A stretch of DNA of 64,000 nucleotides. Source: an uncultured bacterium. GTDB lineage: Bacteria > Chloroflexota > UBA5177 > JANWHV01. Made by a program: the position numbers and the translations under genes. The notes under the pieces were generated by a model. That model saw nothing but the letters and a program-made list of their open reading frames with translations, was not told the origin of the DNA and did not search any database. The number at the start of each line of letters is the position of its first letter. Position 1 is the stretch's first letter. The DNA lies in assembly GCA_963729625.1 (NCBI GenBank), contig CAVSOU010000008.1, positions 160,001 to 224,000 on the forward strand, written 5' to 3'. This document shows, one piece after another, positions 18,389-28,280 of the stretch.

Positions 18389-18862
18389 ATGGAGCGTGCA
18401 ACATTTGGAGCGGGTTGCTTCTGGGGCGTCGAGGCTGCGTTCCGCGAAGTCGAGGGCGTGACGGCCACGCGCGTGGGCTATCTTGGCGGCACGCTCAAGA
18501 ATCCGACCTACAGGGACGTTTGCTCGGGAAAGACGGGGCACGCGGAGGTCGTCGAAGTGACCTACAGATCCCGAGAAGGTCTCGTACGAAACGCTCCTGA
18601 CACATCTTCTGGGAGAACCACGATCCGACGCAGCTCAATCGCCAGGGTCCCGACCACGGCGCGCAATATCGATCGGCGATATTCTTACCACTCTCCGGCG
18701 CAGGAGGCCGCGGCTCGAGCCTCAAAGAAGTCGCTCGAAGAGGCGCGTCGACACCGCAAGCCGATCGTAACGGAAATCACGCCGGCGTCCGACTTCTGGG
18801 AGGCGGAAGAGTATCACCAGCAGTATCTCGAGAAGCGAGGCCTGGCAAGCTGCCATCTGTAG
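18389..18862 (+). CDS. msrA: Peptide-methionine (S)-S-oxide reductase with three internal +1 frameshifts (net in-frame)
   Basis: [28 protein letters not shown]; conserved middle (DPEKVSYE..., [25 protein letters not shown]) lies in shifted frames. Confidence 0.9.
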   Translation: MERATFGAGCFWGVEAAFREVEGVTATRVGYLGGTLKNPTYRDVCSGKTGHAEVVEVTYRSREGLVRNAPDTSSGRTTIRRSSIARVPTTARNIDRRYSYHSPAQEAAARASKKSLEEARRHRKPIVTEITPASDFWEAEEYHQQYLEKRGLASCHL

Positions 18863-19001
18863 AGGGCGCGGGGCCAAGCGTGTACAGCGCGAGCCCACGC
18901 ATTACTTTCTGCCCATACCAAGATCCGGGTAAGAATCCGAGGTCAAGCACGGGCGATCGAATATCGGGATCTCAGGATCGCCGGGAAGGAGAGCACACAC
19001 G

Positions 19002-19400
19002 ATGGAAGACTTGAAGCACATGCCGGAAACCTACTGGAAGGAGCGACTTACTCCCGAACAGTATCGCGTTTGCCGCTTGAAGGGAACGGAGCCGGCCTTT
19101 ACCGGCGCCCTGTACCACAATACTACTACTGGGGTGTATGAGTGCGTGGCCTGCGGGCAACCTCTGTTCTCCTCGGATACCAAGTTCGACTCTGGTAGCG
19201 GCTGGCCCAGCTTCGACCGCCCGATCGATCGCCAGAACGTCGAGTTGCATCAGGATCGCTCGCTCTTCATGGTTCGCACCGAGGTGAGCTGCAAACGCTG
19301 CGGCGCGCACCTTGGCCACATGTTCGACGACGGACCGCGCGAGACCACGGGCGAACGCTATTGCATCAACTCCGCGGCCCTCGGCTTTCGCAAGGAATGA
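19002..19400 (+). CDS. msrB: Peptide-methionine (R)-S-oxide reductase
   Basis: [43 protein letters not shown]. Confidence 0.96.
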   Translation: MEDLKHMPETYWKERLTPEQYRVCRLKGTEPAFTGALYHNTTTGVYECVACGQPLFSSDTKFDSGSGWPSFDRPIDRQNVELHQDRSLFMVRTEVSCKRCGAHLGHMFDDGPRETTGERYCINSAALGFRKE

Positions 19401-19404
19401 GCCC

Positions 19405-19725
19405 TCAGGCCTGACTGGAGCGGGGACCGCTTCGGAGCCAGATGTTCGCGCACTCCTCGCACATGGACTCCGGAATGATGTGCGCAGCCATCAGGAGCTT
19501 GAAGATCCTGCAACCCACGCAGAAGCCGGCGATTGACTCCAGTCCGGCCAACGCGATCAGGATGCCGGCGACCACATAGGCGGCGGCAGTGAGGCCGAAA
19601 CCAAAGGCCAGCACGGCCCCGCCGACTGTGATCACCGCACCCAGGCTTTGGGCGAAGCGCTTGGGCGGCCCGGCCGTTGGCATGGGCCTGAGTGCCAAAC
19701 GCGGGACGGTCACGCGCGTGGACAA
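19405..19725 (-). pseudogene. DUF4395 family membrane protein, apparently 5' truncated
   Basis: GPPKRFAQ, LES..GFCVGC, IIPESMCEECANIW; in-frame TAG directly before a weak TTG start, N-terminal half absent. Confidence 0.6.
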
Positions 19726-19883
19726 CTATCTCTCTCACAGGGTAGGCGCCTCTGGTTGTATACTAATAACTCGGTCGAGGTCCCCGCGCTATGTTCCACG
19801 TTCGCGCCGCCGGCTTGGCAGACGGTAAGGTCTTTGCGCGCCTCTCATCTGACCGGTCGCCACTGAGCAAGAGGACACGGCAC

Positions 19884-21386
19884 ATGAGCACATTGGTCCA
19901 AAGGAGCCGGAGGCCACTCCTGCTCGATCACACGCAGGCGCCCCTGGTCGATGGAATCCGCGAGTATCGCGAGCTTGACATCCTGCCCTTCACGACGCCG
20001 GGCCACAAGCGGGGCGCGGGCATCCCGGCGGCCACTATCGAGGCGCTCGGCTGGGATGTCTTTCATAACGACATCTCGGTGGGCGCCGGTGTCGACGATA
20101 CGCACTTCACGCGTGACCTGGTCGGGAAAGCGGAGCGCCTGGCCGCGGATGCCTACGGCGCCGACCGGTCGCTGTTTCTGCTCAACGGCAGCTCTATCGG
20201 CAATCACGTCGGCATTCTCTCGCTGGTCGGGCCTGGCGACAAGATCGTCGTTGCGCGCAATGTCCACAAGTCAATTCTGTCCGCCTTGATTCTCAGCGGC
20301 GCGCGGCCAGTGTACGTGCGGCCTCCCTACGATCCCGATTTCGAGGTCGCGCACGGTGTGGCCGTCGACGAGCTCACCCGCACGCTCGACGCACATCCAG
20401 ACGCCGCCGCGGTAGTGCTGGTCAGCCCTACCTATTTCGGCGTCTCCTCCGATCTGCCGGCACTTGTCGACCTTTGCCATAGTCGGAATCTACCGTTGCA
20501 CGTCGACGAGGCGTGGGCGCCCCATTTTCCCTTTCATCCGGCGCTGCCGCCGTCGGCCATGCAGGCTGGAGCCGACAGTGCCGTCACCAGTATTCACAAG
20601 CTGCTGTCGGGCTTTACGCAGGCGGCCCTGCTGAATCTGCAGGGTTCGCGGGTCGACAAGAACGATACCGCGCGCTGGCTGAGCCTGCTCCAGACCACCA
20701 GTCCCTCGGCGCTTATCCTGGCCTCCATCGATGCCGCGAGGAGACAGATGGTGTTGCAGGGGGAGGATCTCCTCGCACAAACGATCGCGCTGGGGAATAT
20801 GGCGCGGGAGCGGATCGCGCGGATCCCCGGTCTGCGCGCGATTGGGCTCGAGGTACTGCAGCAGCCGAGCGTGGCAGGCTTCGACCTGACCAAGCTGGTC
20901 ATCGACGTACGGGAGACCGGGATGACCGGCTACGACGTCGAGGAGTGGCTGCGCGCGCGCCATCGTATCTCCGTGGAGATGAGCGACCATCGTCGTATCG
21001 TCGCGCTGCTTACTATCGCCGACACAGAGCAATCGGTCGAGCGTCTCCTGGCCGCTCTGGCGCGCGTACCCGTCGAACTGCATCCCGCGCATGCTCGCCC
21101 GTTCGCCGCAGCCTACGATCCCGCCGCGCTTGAGGCGGAGAGCGTGCTCACGCCGACCGAGGCCTACCATGCCTACACCCGCTTCGTGCCCCTGGCTAAG
21201 GCCGCCGGCGAGGTCACCGCCGACGTTCTCACGCCCTATCCGCCGGGAATCCCGCTCGTCGCGCCCGGCGAGCGATTCACGCCCAACATCGTGGACTACC
21301 TGCGCGCCGGGCTGGCCGCGGGCATCCACGTTCGGGGCGCCAGCGATCCCACAATGGAAACGGTGCGCGTGGTGCGCGAGCCGTAA
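19884..21386 (+). CDS. Orn/Lys/Arg decarboxylase family PLP enzyme
   Basis: FTTPGHKRG, NGSS, RNVHKS, VDEAW, SIHK (PLP Lys), TTSPS, PYPPGIP. Confidence 0.92.
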   Translation: MSTLVQRSRRPLLLDHTQAPLVDGIREYRELDILPFTTPGHKRGAGIPAATIEALGWDVFHNDISVGAGVDDTHFTRDLVGKAERLAADAYGADRSLFLLNGSSIGNHVGILSLVGPGDKIVVARNVHKSILSALILSGARPVYVRPPYDPDFEVAHGVAVDELTRTLDAHPDAAAVVLVSPTYFGVSSDLPALVDLCHSRNLPLHVDEAWAPHFPFHPALPPSAMQAGADSAVTSIHKLLSGFTQAALLNLQGSRVDKNDTARWLSLLQTTSPSALILASIDAARRQMVLQGEDLLAQTIALGNMARERIARIPGLRAIGLEVLQQPSVAGFDLTKLVIDVRETGMTGYDVEEWLRARHRISVEMSDHRRIVALLTIADTEQSVERLLAALARVPVELHPAHARPFAAAYDPAALEAESVLTPTEAYHAYTRFVPLAKAAGEVTADVLTPYPPGIPLVAPGERFTPNIVDYLRAGLAAGIHVRGASDPTMETVRVVREP

Positions 21387-21470
21387 TAACACCAGTACGT
21401 CGCCGGGCCTGACACGGCAGGATTCGCGACCGGTGGCCTGGCACTTTGCTCGATCGAGGGAGGAAGGAGC

Positions 21471-22373
21471 ATGGGTGCAGTGCGTGTTGGTTTCATCGGT
21501 ATTGGCGTGATGGGGCGTCCAATGTGCCTCAATCTGCTCAAGGCAGGCTTCCCGTTGACGGTATACGCACGGCGACCGGAAAGCGCCGAGACGGTTGTCG
21601 CGGCCGGAGCAACGCCGGCCGAGAGTCCGCGTGCCGTGGCCGAGCGGTCGGACGTGGTGATCACGATGGTCACCAACTCTCCCGACGTGGAAGTGGTAGT
21701 GCTGGGCGCGGGCGGCGTGCTGGAGGGCGCGCATACCGGGCTCACCCTGGCGGATATGAGCACCATTGCGCCGGCGGTGGCACGGAACATCGCGAGCGCC
21801 GCCGCCGCCAGCGGTGTCGACATGCTGGATGCTCCGGTGAGCGGCGGATCACAAGGCGCCGAGGCTGGAACGCTCACGATCATGGTGGGCGGCGACGCGG
21901 CGGCGTTCGAGCGTGTACGCCCGGTATTCGAAGCGATGGGGAAGAAAGAGCATATCTATCACGTGGGACCGAGCGGAGCAGGCCAGGTGGTGAAGCTGGT
22001 CAACCAGCACCTCTGCGGCCTGATCGCGGCGGCCGACGCGGAGGCGTTGATCCTGGGCGTGGCGGCGGGAGCCGACGTGTCCACCATGGCCAGGATCATC
22101 GGCGCCAGCAGCGGCGGCAACTGGCAGCTGGCCAATCCCATCGCCCTGCGCGTGTTCTCCGGCAGCTTCGAGCCCGGCTTTTTCACCGACCTGCTGCTCA
22201 AGGATTTGCGGCTGGTGCTGGATCTTGCGCGCGAGCAGGGCCTGGCTACACCCTTGCTCGACCAGGTTGTGCCGCTCTACGAGCGAGCGAAGGACGCCGG
22301 CTATGGACGCCGCGACTACACCTCAGTATTCGTTCCATTGGAGCAAGACGCGGGCGTGGTGGTGCGGACCTGA
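21471..22373 (+). CDS. NAD(P)-dependent beta-hydroxyacid dehydrogenase (HIBADH/tartronate semialdehyde reductase family)
   Basis: GFIGIGVMG, DMST, DAPVSGG, GTLTIMVGG, KLVNQ, KDL. Confidence 0.93.
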   Translation: MGAVRVGFIGIGVMGRPMCLNLLKAGFPLTVYARRPESAETVVAAGATPAESPRAVAERSDVVITMVTNSPDVEVVVLGAGGVLEGAHTGLTLADMSTIAPAVARNIASAAAASGVDMLDAPVSGGSQGAEAGTLTIMVGGDAAAFERVRPVFEAMGKKEHIYHVGPSGAGQVVKLVNQHLCGLIAAADAEALILGVAAGADVSTMARIIGASSGGNWQLANPIALRVFSGSFEPGFFTDLLLKDLRLVLDLAREQGLATPLLDQVVPLYERAKDAGYGRRDYTSVFVPLEQDAGVVVRT

Positions 22374-22631
22374 CGCTTCGGCAAGCGGGCTCCTGCAGTC
22401 GCGCGTCCTGCTCGGTGGTTGGGCTCGCGTGCTGGGCGCGACCGCGCCTACGCCTGTGGCATGGGAAGCGATGCGCGCGCGTGCCTGGCGTGCTTTGTGC
22501 TCCTGACAGGTCTTCGCATTAGCGCCGTCGCGGCCTGCCGGGTCGGAACCCAAGCGCGCTCGGAGTCGCTGCCTACATGCCGCTCCCGGGATAGTTACGC
22601 TGGACTTCCACAACGATCCCCTTGGAGATCG

Positions 22632-25028
22632 TCAGGATGCGGCCGTGTCCAACGCATATCCGATCGCACGCTCGATGTTCATGGCTTCTCCCTCGGCCCA
22701 GGCGGAAGCGCACTGTTGCTCGCCCAGCGCTTTGTGAATCTCCCGCGTGATCTGCTCATGCTCCGCCAGCCCGCTCGCCGGCAATGCCACGCCGATCTGC
22801 TTCCCCACCGTTCCGGCCGCCGCCAGAAGGCGGGCGGCCCTCACGTCCAGGCCCTGCCGATGTGCCAGGTGCCCCAACCCAACCAGCGTGAACACCATGC
22901 CTTGCCGGTCGCCAAGGTCCCGCCGCATGGTCAGGCTCTCGCGATAGAGTCCTTGGGCGCGCTCCAGCTCGCCCAGGGCGCTCGCCACATTGCCCAGGTT
23001 GGTGAGGATGACGGCGAGGCGCCAACTGTCGCCAAGTGCACGGTACATCCGGCTGCAGTCCTCATAGAGGCTCAGAGCCCGCGCTTGATCGCCCTGCGCG
23101 CGCGCCACCACCCCGAGGTTATTGAGCACGGTGGCCCGATCGGCCATATTGCCGCTTCGCTCGGAGATCGCCAGGCTCTCCTCGTACCACTCCACCGCTT
23201 GCGCGTACTCGCCCATTTCCAGGGCCACATTCCCCAAGTTCGTGAGCGACCGCGCGATGTCGCTGGAGTCGCCCAGCACACGCCGGAGCGCCAGGCTCTC
23301 CTGGTAGGCTTGCGCAGCCCGCACGATATCCCCCTGTGCATAGGCCAGGGTGCCGAGCAAGTTCAGCGCGGCGGCACGCGAGGCGGTGTCTGCCTGCGGG
23401 TGATAGGCGAGCGCCTGCTCCAGCCATTGCCGCCCCTCGCTCAGGTGGCTGCGCTTTTCCCAGAATCGGCCTAGAGAGCACGCGAGACTGAGCCCCAGTT
23501 CTCGGACACCACCGCCCTGGAGGTACCAACGCAGGGCAGCGCGCAGATTGTCGTGCTCGTCTTCAAGCCGGGCCAGCCACGCGGTCTGCTCGGAACCGTT
23601 GAGCCGCGGCTCAGCCTCCCGTGCCAGGGCCAGATAGACACCTGCGTGCGCCTGGCGCATCGCTTCGAGCTCGCCTTCGGCGGAGAGACGGGCGAGTCCG
23701 AATTCTCGGATCGTCTCCAACATGCGAAAGCGGGGCTCCCCGTCGCCAGCCTCCGACTGCCAGAGCAAATTCCTGTCCATCAACGACCCCAGCCGCTCGA
23801 GTACGTCGGCGGCGAAGCTCTCGGTAGCCCGGCAGAACGCCTCCAGTGCGTCCAGCGTGCAGCTCCCGGCAAACACCGCCAGTCTCCGGAACAGGATCTG
23901 ATCCCCGATGTCAAGCAGATCGTGGCTCCAGGTGATGGTGGCGCGCATGGTCTGCTGACGTGCCGGCAAGTCATGTGGGCCTCCGGTCAACACGTCCAGC
24001 GGTCGCTGCAGGCGGGACAGGAGCGCACGCGGTGAGAACATCCGGATTTGTGCAGCGGCCAGCTCCAAGGCCAGCGGCAACCCATCAAGGCGGGTACAGA
24101 TCTCGGCCACGGTGGCGGCGTTCGCCGCGCTGAGGGCAAACGCCGAGTGGTGTTCCCGGATGCGCTCCATGAAGAGCGCCAGCGCGGGATATCTCTCCAG
24201 TCCGGCGGGTGGAGGTAAATGCTGGAGATCGGGCAGTGCAAGCGGCGCGACGGGTACTTCACGTTCTCCACGCAGACGCAACCTGGCCCGGCTGGTGACC
24301 AGCATCGTGAGACTGGGACAAACCTCCAGCAGGCGGGCCAAGTCCGGAGCAGCCGGGAGCACGTGCTCAAAATTGTCTACCACGATCAGCAGGCGCTTGT
24401 TGTGCAGACGGGCGGCGAGATCTTCCTCCAGGGGGCGGGAGCCTCCTGCACGTATACCGGCGCTCTGGGCCAGCACGGCAAGCACCAGCGTGGGATCGCT
24501 CAGGCCTGCCAGGGACACGAACACCACGCCGTCCGGGTACGCCGCGGCGAGGTCCGCTGCCGCAGCCAGCGCCAGGCGTGTCTTGCCCACTCCACCCGGC
24601 CCGGTGAGCGTGACCAAACGTGGCCCGGAGGGAGCCGGGGCGCCCCCTTCCGGGTCTCCTGTTCGCGCATTGTGTCGCAAGAGGGTCGTTAGCGCACGCA
24701 CGTCCTCGTCGCGTCCCAGCAGCGGCGTCAGGGGTACCGGCACTGCTGCCGGCAGGCTGCGCTCTGTGCGCTCAGCAAGCACGGATCCGACGGCACGGCG
24801 CTGGGACGCCGCGACAAACAGTGCGCGTTCGTCGCCAGCCAGGGCCAGCGCTCCGGCCAGCCGCAATACGGTCTCGCGCTGGGGCGTGCGATTGATGCCG
24901 CGTTCCAGGTCACTTATGCCGCGCGTACTGAGGCCGGCGCGCTCTGCCAGGGCCTCCTGCGAGAGACCGGCGTCCAGGCGATAGCGCCGTAACACGTCGC
25001 TGAACTGCGCAGTGGATATGCCGGTCAC
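22632..25028 (-). CDS. XRE-HTH + STAND (NB-ARC-like) ATPase + TPR transcriptional regulator
   Basis: GLSQEALAERAGLS..ISDLERG; GPGGVGKT; VVDNFEH; LDGLPLALELAA; C-terminal TPRs. Confidence 0.92.
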   Translation of the reverse strand: MTGISTAQFSDVLRRYRLDAGLSQEALAERAGLSTRGISDLERGINRTPQRETVLRLAGALALAGDERALFVAASQRRAVGSVLAERTERSLPAAVPVPLTPLLGRDEDVRALTTLLRHNARTGDPEGGAPAPSGPRLVTLTGPGGVGKTRLALAAAADLAAAYPDGVVFVSLAGLSDPTLVLAVLAQSAGIRAGGSRPLEEDLAARLHNKRLLIVVDNFEHVLPAAPDLARLLEVCPSLTMLVTSRARLRLRGEREVPVAPLALPDLQHLPPPAGLERYPALALFMERIREHHSAFALSAANAATVAEICTRLDGLPLALELAAAQIRMFSPRALLSRLQRPLDVLTGGPHDLPARQQTMRATITWSHDLLDIGDQILFRRLAVFAGSCTLDALEAFCRATESFAADVLERLGSLMDRNLLWQSEAGDGEPRFRMLETIREFGLARLSAEGELEAMRQAHAGVYLALAREAEPRLNGSEQTAWLARLEDEHDNLRAALRWYLQGGGVRELGLSLACSLGRFWEKRSHLSEGRQWLEQALAYHPQADTASRAAALNLLGTLAYAQGDIVRAAQAYQESLALRRVLGDSSDIARSLTNLGNVALEMGEYAQAVEWYEESLAISERSGNMADRATVLNNLGVVARAQGDQARALSLYEDCSRMYRALGDSWRLAVILTNLGNVASALGELERAQGLYRESLTMRRDLGDRQGMVFTLVGLGHLAHRQGLDVRAARLLAAAGTVGKQIGVALPASGLAEHEQITREIHKALGEQQCASAWAEGEAMNIERAIGYALDTAAS

Positions 25029-25124
25029 CGAGACGCACCTCCTGAGTGCCAGTCCGTTGCGTGTGAGCCTGGACCTGCCCTCACTGCCAAGATACCACCG
25101 CGAAGTTCTCTGAATACGAGCGAT

Positions 25125-25159
25125 TTATGTGGGCAATTATGTGGGTCCTGTGTGGTCAG
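25125..25159. promoter_or_regulatory. Direct repeats with about 12-bp period in the divergent promoter region (putative regulator-binding sites)
   Basis: TTATGTGGGcaa TTATGTGGGtc cTGTGTGGTca. Confidence 0.5.
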
Positions 25160-25254
25160 TGGCATTGGCGCCGGCAAGAATGGACTACAGGTGGACACGG
25201 GGACAAGGTATCCCAGGTGAACCGCCTGGAGATTAGCAGGAGGGAGACTACAAT

Positions 25255-26160
25255 ATGCACAGGCCCACTCGCACACTCATACTCCGACGCTCGTTCCTGG
25301 CCCGCGGTGTCGGCGCCGTCTGCACGTTAAGCGTGCTTGCCCTGGCTCTACAGGCGCTCGCCGCGGCCCCGTCCCGGGCCTCACGAGCGCAGGCCGGCAT
25401 GCAGAGCATCACGCTGCTCGCATCGGCCCCCCACTTCCCCAAGAGCTTCACCAGCGGGCTCCTATCAGTGACGCTGATCAACGACACGAAGAGTGAAGTC
25501 TCCGCTGGCTTCGGTCACGCCAATCCCGGGGAGACAATGGCCCAGGTCAAGGCCGCCGTCGCGGCGTCGGACTCCGGATCTCTCGCCGGCTTTGAGCAAG
25601 TGCTGCGGGCGGTCACCTTCATCGGCGGTATCGACGACGTACTGCCGGGAACCACCGAGCAGGTCGTGCTGCGGCTGGCTACCCCGGGCCTCTACGGCGG
25701 CGGAGTGTCCCCCAGCAATGGCCAGAGCCACATTACGTACTTCAACGTAACTGCGGGAGCCGGTGCCCCTGCGGCGCTGCCGGCAGGCGACGTCTCGGTT
25801 ACCCTAAAGGACTTTAAGTTCATCGGGCTGCCCAAGCACCTGGCGGCCGGGAACGCCACCTTCCAACTGACCAACACCAGCATCATGGCGCACGAGATGC
25901 AGCTGGCAAGGCTCGACCCCGGCAAGACGCAGCAGGATGTGATGAAGTTCCTGCAGTCACCGCAGGCCCAGAACGGCCCGCCGCCTGCCTGGATTCACGA
26001 CAATGGAGGCATGGACACGCTCTCGCCGCACCAGAGCGCCGAACTGACGGTCCATCTCGTTCCGGGGTACTACCTCGTGGTGTGCTTCATGCCCGACGTC
26101 AACAAGCATGGGGAACCGCACGTAATGGAAGGCATGATCGGCCACTTCGTCGTGCAATGA
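25255..26160 (+). CDS. Secreted protein with a C-terminal cupredoxin-like (type 1 Cu) domain
   Basis: RRSFL Tat-like motif and signal peptide; AHEM ... CFMPD...PHVMEGM (H, C, H, M ligand set). Confidence 0.8.
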   Translation: MHRPTRTLILRRSFLARGVGAVCTLSVLALALQALAAAPSRASRAQAGMQSITLLASAPHFPKSFTSGLLSVTLINDTKSEVSAGFGHANPGETMAQVKAAVAASDSGSLAGFEQVLRAVTFIGGIDDVLPGTTEQVVLRLATPGLYGGGVSPSNGQSHITYFNVTAGAGAPAALPAGDVSVTLKDFKFIGLPKHLAAGNATFQLTNTSIMAHEMQLARLDPGKTQQDVMKFLQSPQAQNGPPPAWIHDNGGMDTLSPHQSAELTVHLVPGYYLVVCFMPDVNKHGEPHVMEGMIGHFVVQ

Positions 26161-26346
26161 CCGTTCGCGTGGCCAGCAGATCCGGACCGAGCCGGGTCAG
26201 ACTCGACACGGCATGCCGCGCATAAGGGCGGGGCTGGGAAAGGTGGATTGCGATCGCTCGCCAGGACCTTGCCGGCGGGCGATCGCCACTCACCGATTTG
26301 TCTCCAAGAAGGTAAGAGAACGTTCGTTGCTACTTGGGAGGTCACG

Positions 26347-26889
26347 ATGAAACTCGCCACGGTTACTATCGGGGTCGCGCTCCTTGCCAGTCAATTCTCC
26401 GGCGGTGCGTCTACCGTCGGGGCTGCTCGGATGTCCGGAGGCGCCGTCCACGTGTTTGTCACGCCCGGCAACGGTGCAGGCGGCACGATTCTTTTTGCCG
26501 GCGCGATCGGCGATTCCGGCAAGACAATGAACATCGACAAAGACGGCAAGCCCGATGCCAACGGGAATTACGGTCGCATCACGTTGCACCATGGTACCTT
26601 CGAGGTCAATCTTACGAAGCTGCAGGCTGCCCAAAACAACGCGCAGCCGACCATCAACCCCGCGAACTGTTCGGCGTACTTCTCCGTGGCCGAGCCCGTC
26701 ACACTGTCGGGCGGCACGGGAGCGTACAAGGGCATCGCCGGGACGGTGCATATCACCTCACTGTTCGGCTTCATTCTCCCGCGGTACGCGAGTGGCACGA
26801 AGAAGGGCCAGTGCAATGGGGGCGACAACGCCCAGCCGATCGCCCAGTATATTTCGGTCACCGGCTCGGGAACAGTGAGCTTCAGTTAG
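26347..26889 (+). CDS. Secreted hypothetical beta-rich protein
   Basis: GGAGG RBS; signal peptide; GGTGAYKGIAG motif; 2 Cys. Confidence 0.75.
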   Translation: MKLATVTIGVALLASQFSGGASTVGAARMSGGAVHVFVTPGNGAGGTILFAGAIGDSGKTMNIDKDGKPDANGNYGRITLHHGTFEVNLTKLQAAQNNAQPTINPANCSAYFSVAEPVTLSGGTGAYKGIAGTVHITSLFGFILPRYASGTKKGQCNGGDNAQPIAQYISVTGSGTVSFS

Positions 26890-27084
26890 AATTGCAGGCG
26901 CCGGCGCCCCGCCGCGGCTTCGGCCAGAGGACCTGGCTCACGCCGAACGGGTCTGGATGCGGCATCGCGTCGGTGAGTGCGGCGGCAGCGGCAGGCGAGG
27001 TGGCTGGGGAGGGCGGAGGCAGCAGCTTCCGCCCTCCCTGGCCGCCCGGATCGATGGTTGAGAAGTCGAGGCGAGAGGTGCATC

Positions 27085-27528
27085 GTGGACCAACAGGTAA
27101 TACTCCTGGGCGCCGCCAGCACCGTTGTCCTGGCTGCCGGGAAGGAGGATACCGGTGGCGCTTTTGCCCTGCTGGACTACGAACTGGCGCCCGGGTTCGC
27201 CGCGTTGCCCCCGCACATCCACCACAACGAAGATGAGGCGATGTACGTGCTGGAGGGCCAGCTGCAGGTGAGGATCGGCGAGACCGAGCGCCTGCTCGGC
27301 CCTGGGGGGTTCGTCTACCTGCCCAGGGAGATCCTGCATGCCCAGCGCAACCCCGGGCCTGAGCCTGTACGCTTTCTGATGCTGCTGATCCCGGCGGGAT
27401 CCGAGCAGTGCTTCGCGGATCTGGAAGCCGCATTACGGGAGGGCGCCCCGTTCACCGCGCAGACAATCGCACCGCTCTTTGCGCGCCAGGGCGTGCAAAT
27501 AATGGGCGAGACGCAGGCCGAGGCGTGA
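27085..27528 (+). CDS. Cupin domain protein
   Basis: EDTGGAFAL, PHIHHNEDEAMYVLEG, PREILH. Confidence 0.88.
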   Translation: MDQQVILLGAASTVVLAAGKEDTGGAFALLDYELAPGFAALPPHIHHNEDEAMYVLEGQLQVRIGETERLLGPGGFVYLPREILHAQRNPGPEPVRFLMLLIPAGSEQCFADLEAALREGAPFTAQTIAPLFARQGVQIMGETQAEA

Positions 27529-27851
27529 CGGATCAGACCGCAAGAGGTCCTGGGTGGTGCGGGAGGCAACTGTGGTGGGGCCGATGGCGCCGGGCGCGTC
27601 CAGACTCTCCGCGGAAGTTGGTGCAACCGGGCTGGACGGTCAGTCGGCAACCGGCGGCGTGAACGCAGAAGGTACAGGCGGCTTCGCCGGAGCTGTCCAG
27701 CCCTGGGGCCGATTCCGGCACCGCCGAGCACGGTGAAACGGGTCGGGACCGCCGCGGATCCGGCATACACGCGTATCCATTCATGCTATTGGCGTGCGCA
27801 CACGTCCAAGATAGAATGTAGTAGTGACGCAATTGTGCAACTGTAGACTAG

Positions 27852-28280
27852 ATGCTTGAGATACGGATGAACGGCGCCGGTGGGCTTCGCGAAGCCGCCG
27901 TGTTCCACCCAGAGGAGGTGGCCGCCGCACGCGCAAGTCTCGCTCCGGATAGCGCGTACGACGAGCTCGCCGAGCTGTTCGGTGCGCTCGCGGACTCCAC
28001 GCGGGCACGCCTTGTCCATGCGCTGCTGGCGACCGAGCTGTGCACGGGCGATCTTGCGACCGTCCTGGGCATCAGTGAATCGGGCGCTTCGCAGCACCTG
28101 CGCATCCTGAAGGCACTCAAGCTGGTCAAGGTCAGGCGGTCCGGTAGATTCGTCTACTACAGCCTGGATGACGCGCACATCGCTCAGCTGGTGAAGATTG
28201 GCATGAGCCACCTCGGGCACGGCGACGGCCCGCATCGGCTGGATGAGACCGCGTCCACCGCAACACTGGGGCTGGCCTGA
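27852..28280 (+). CDS. ArsR/SmtB family metalloregulator
   Basis: LADSTR, ELCTGDLA, SQHLRIL, YYSLDDAHI...H (alpha5-type site). Confidence 0.92.
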   Translation: MLEIRMNGAGGLREAAVFHPEEVAAARASLAPDSAYDELAELFGALADSTRARLVHALLATELCTGDLATVLGISESGASQHLRILKALKLVKVRRSGRFVYYSLDDAHIAQLVKIGMSHLGHGDGPHRLDETASTATLGLA

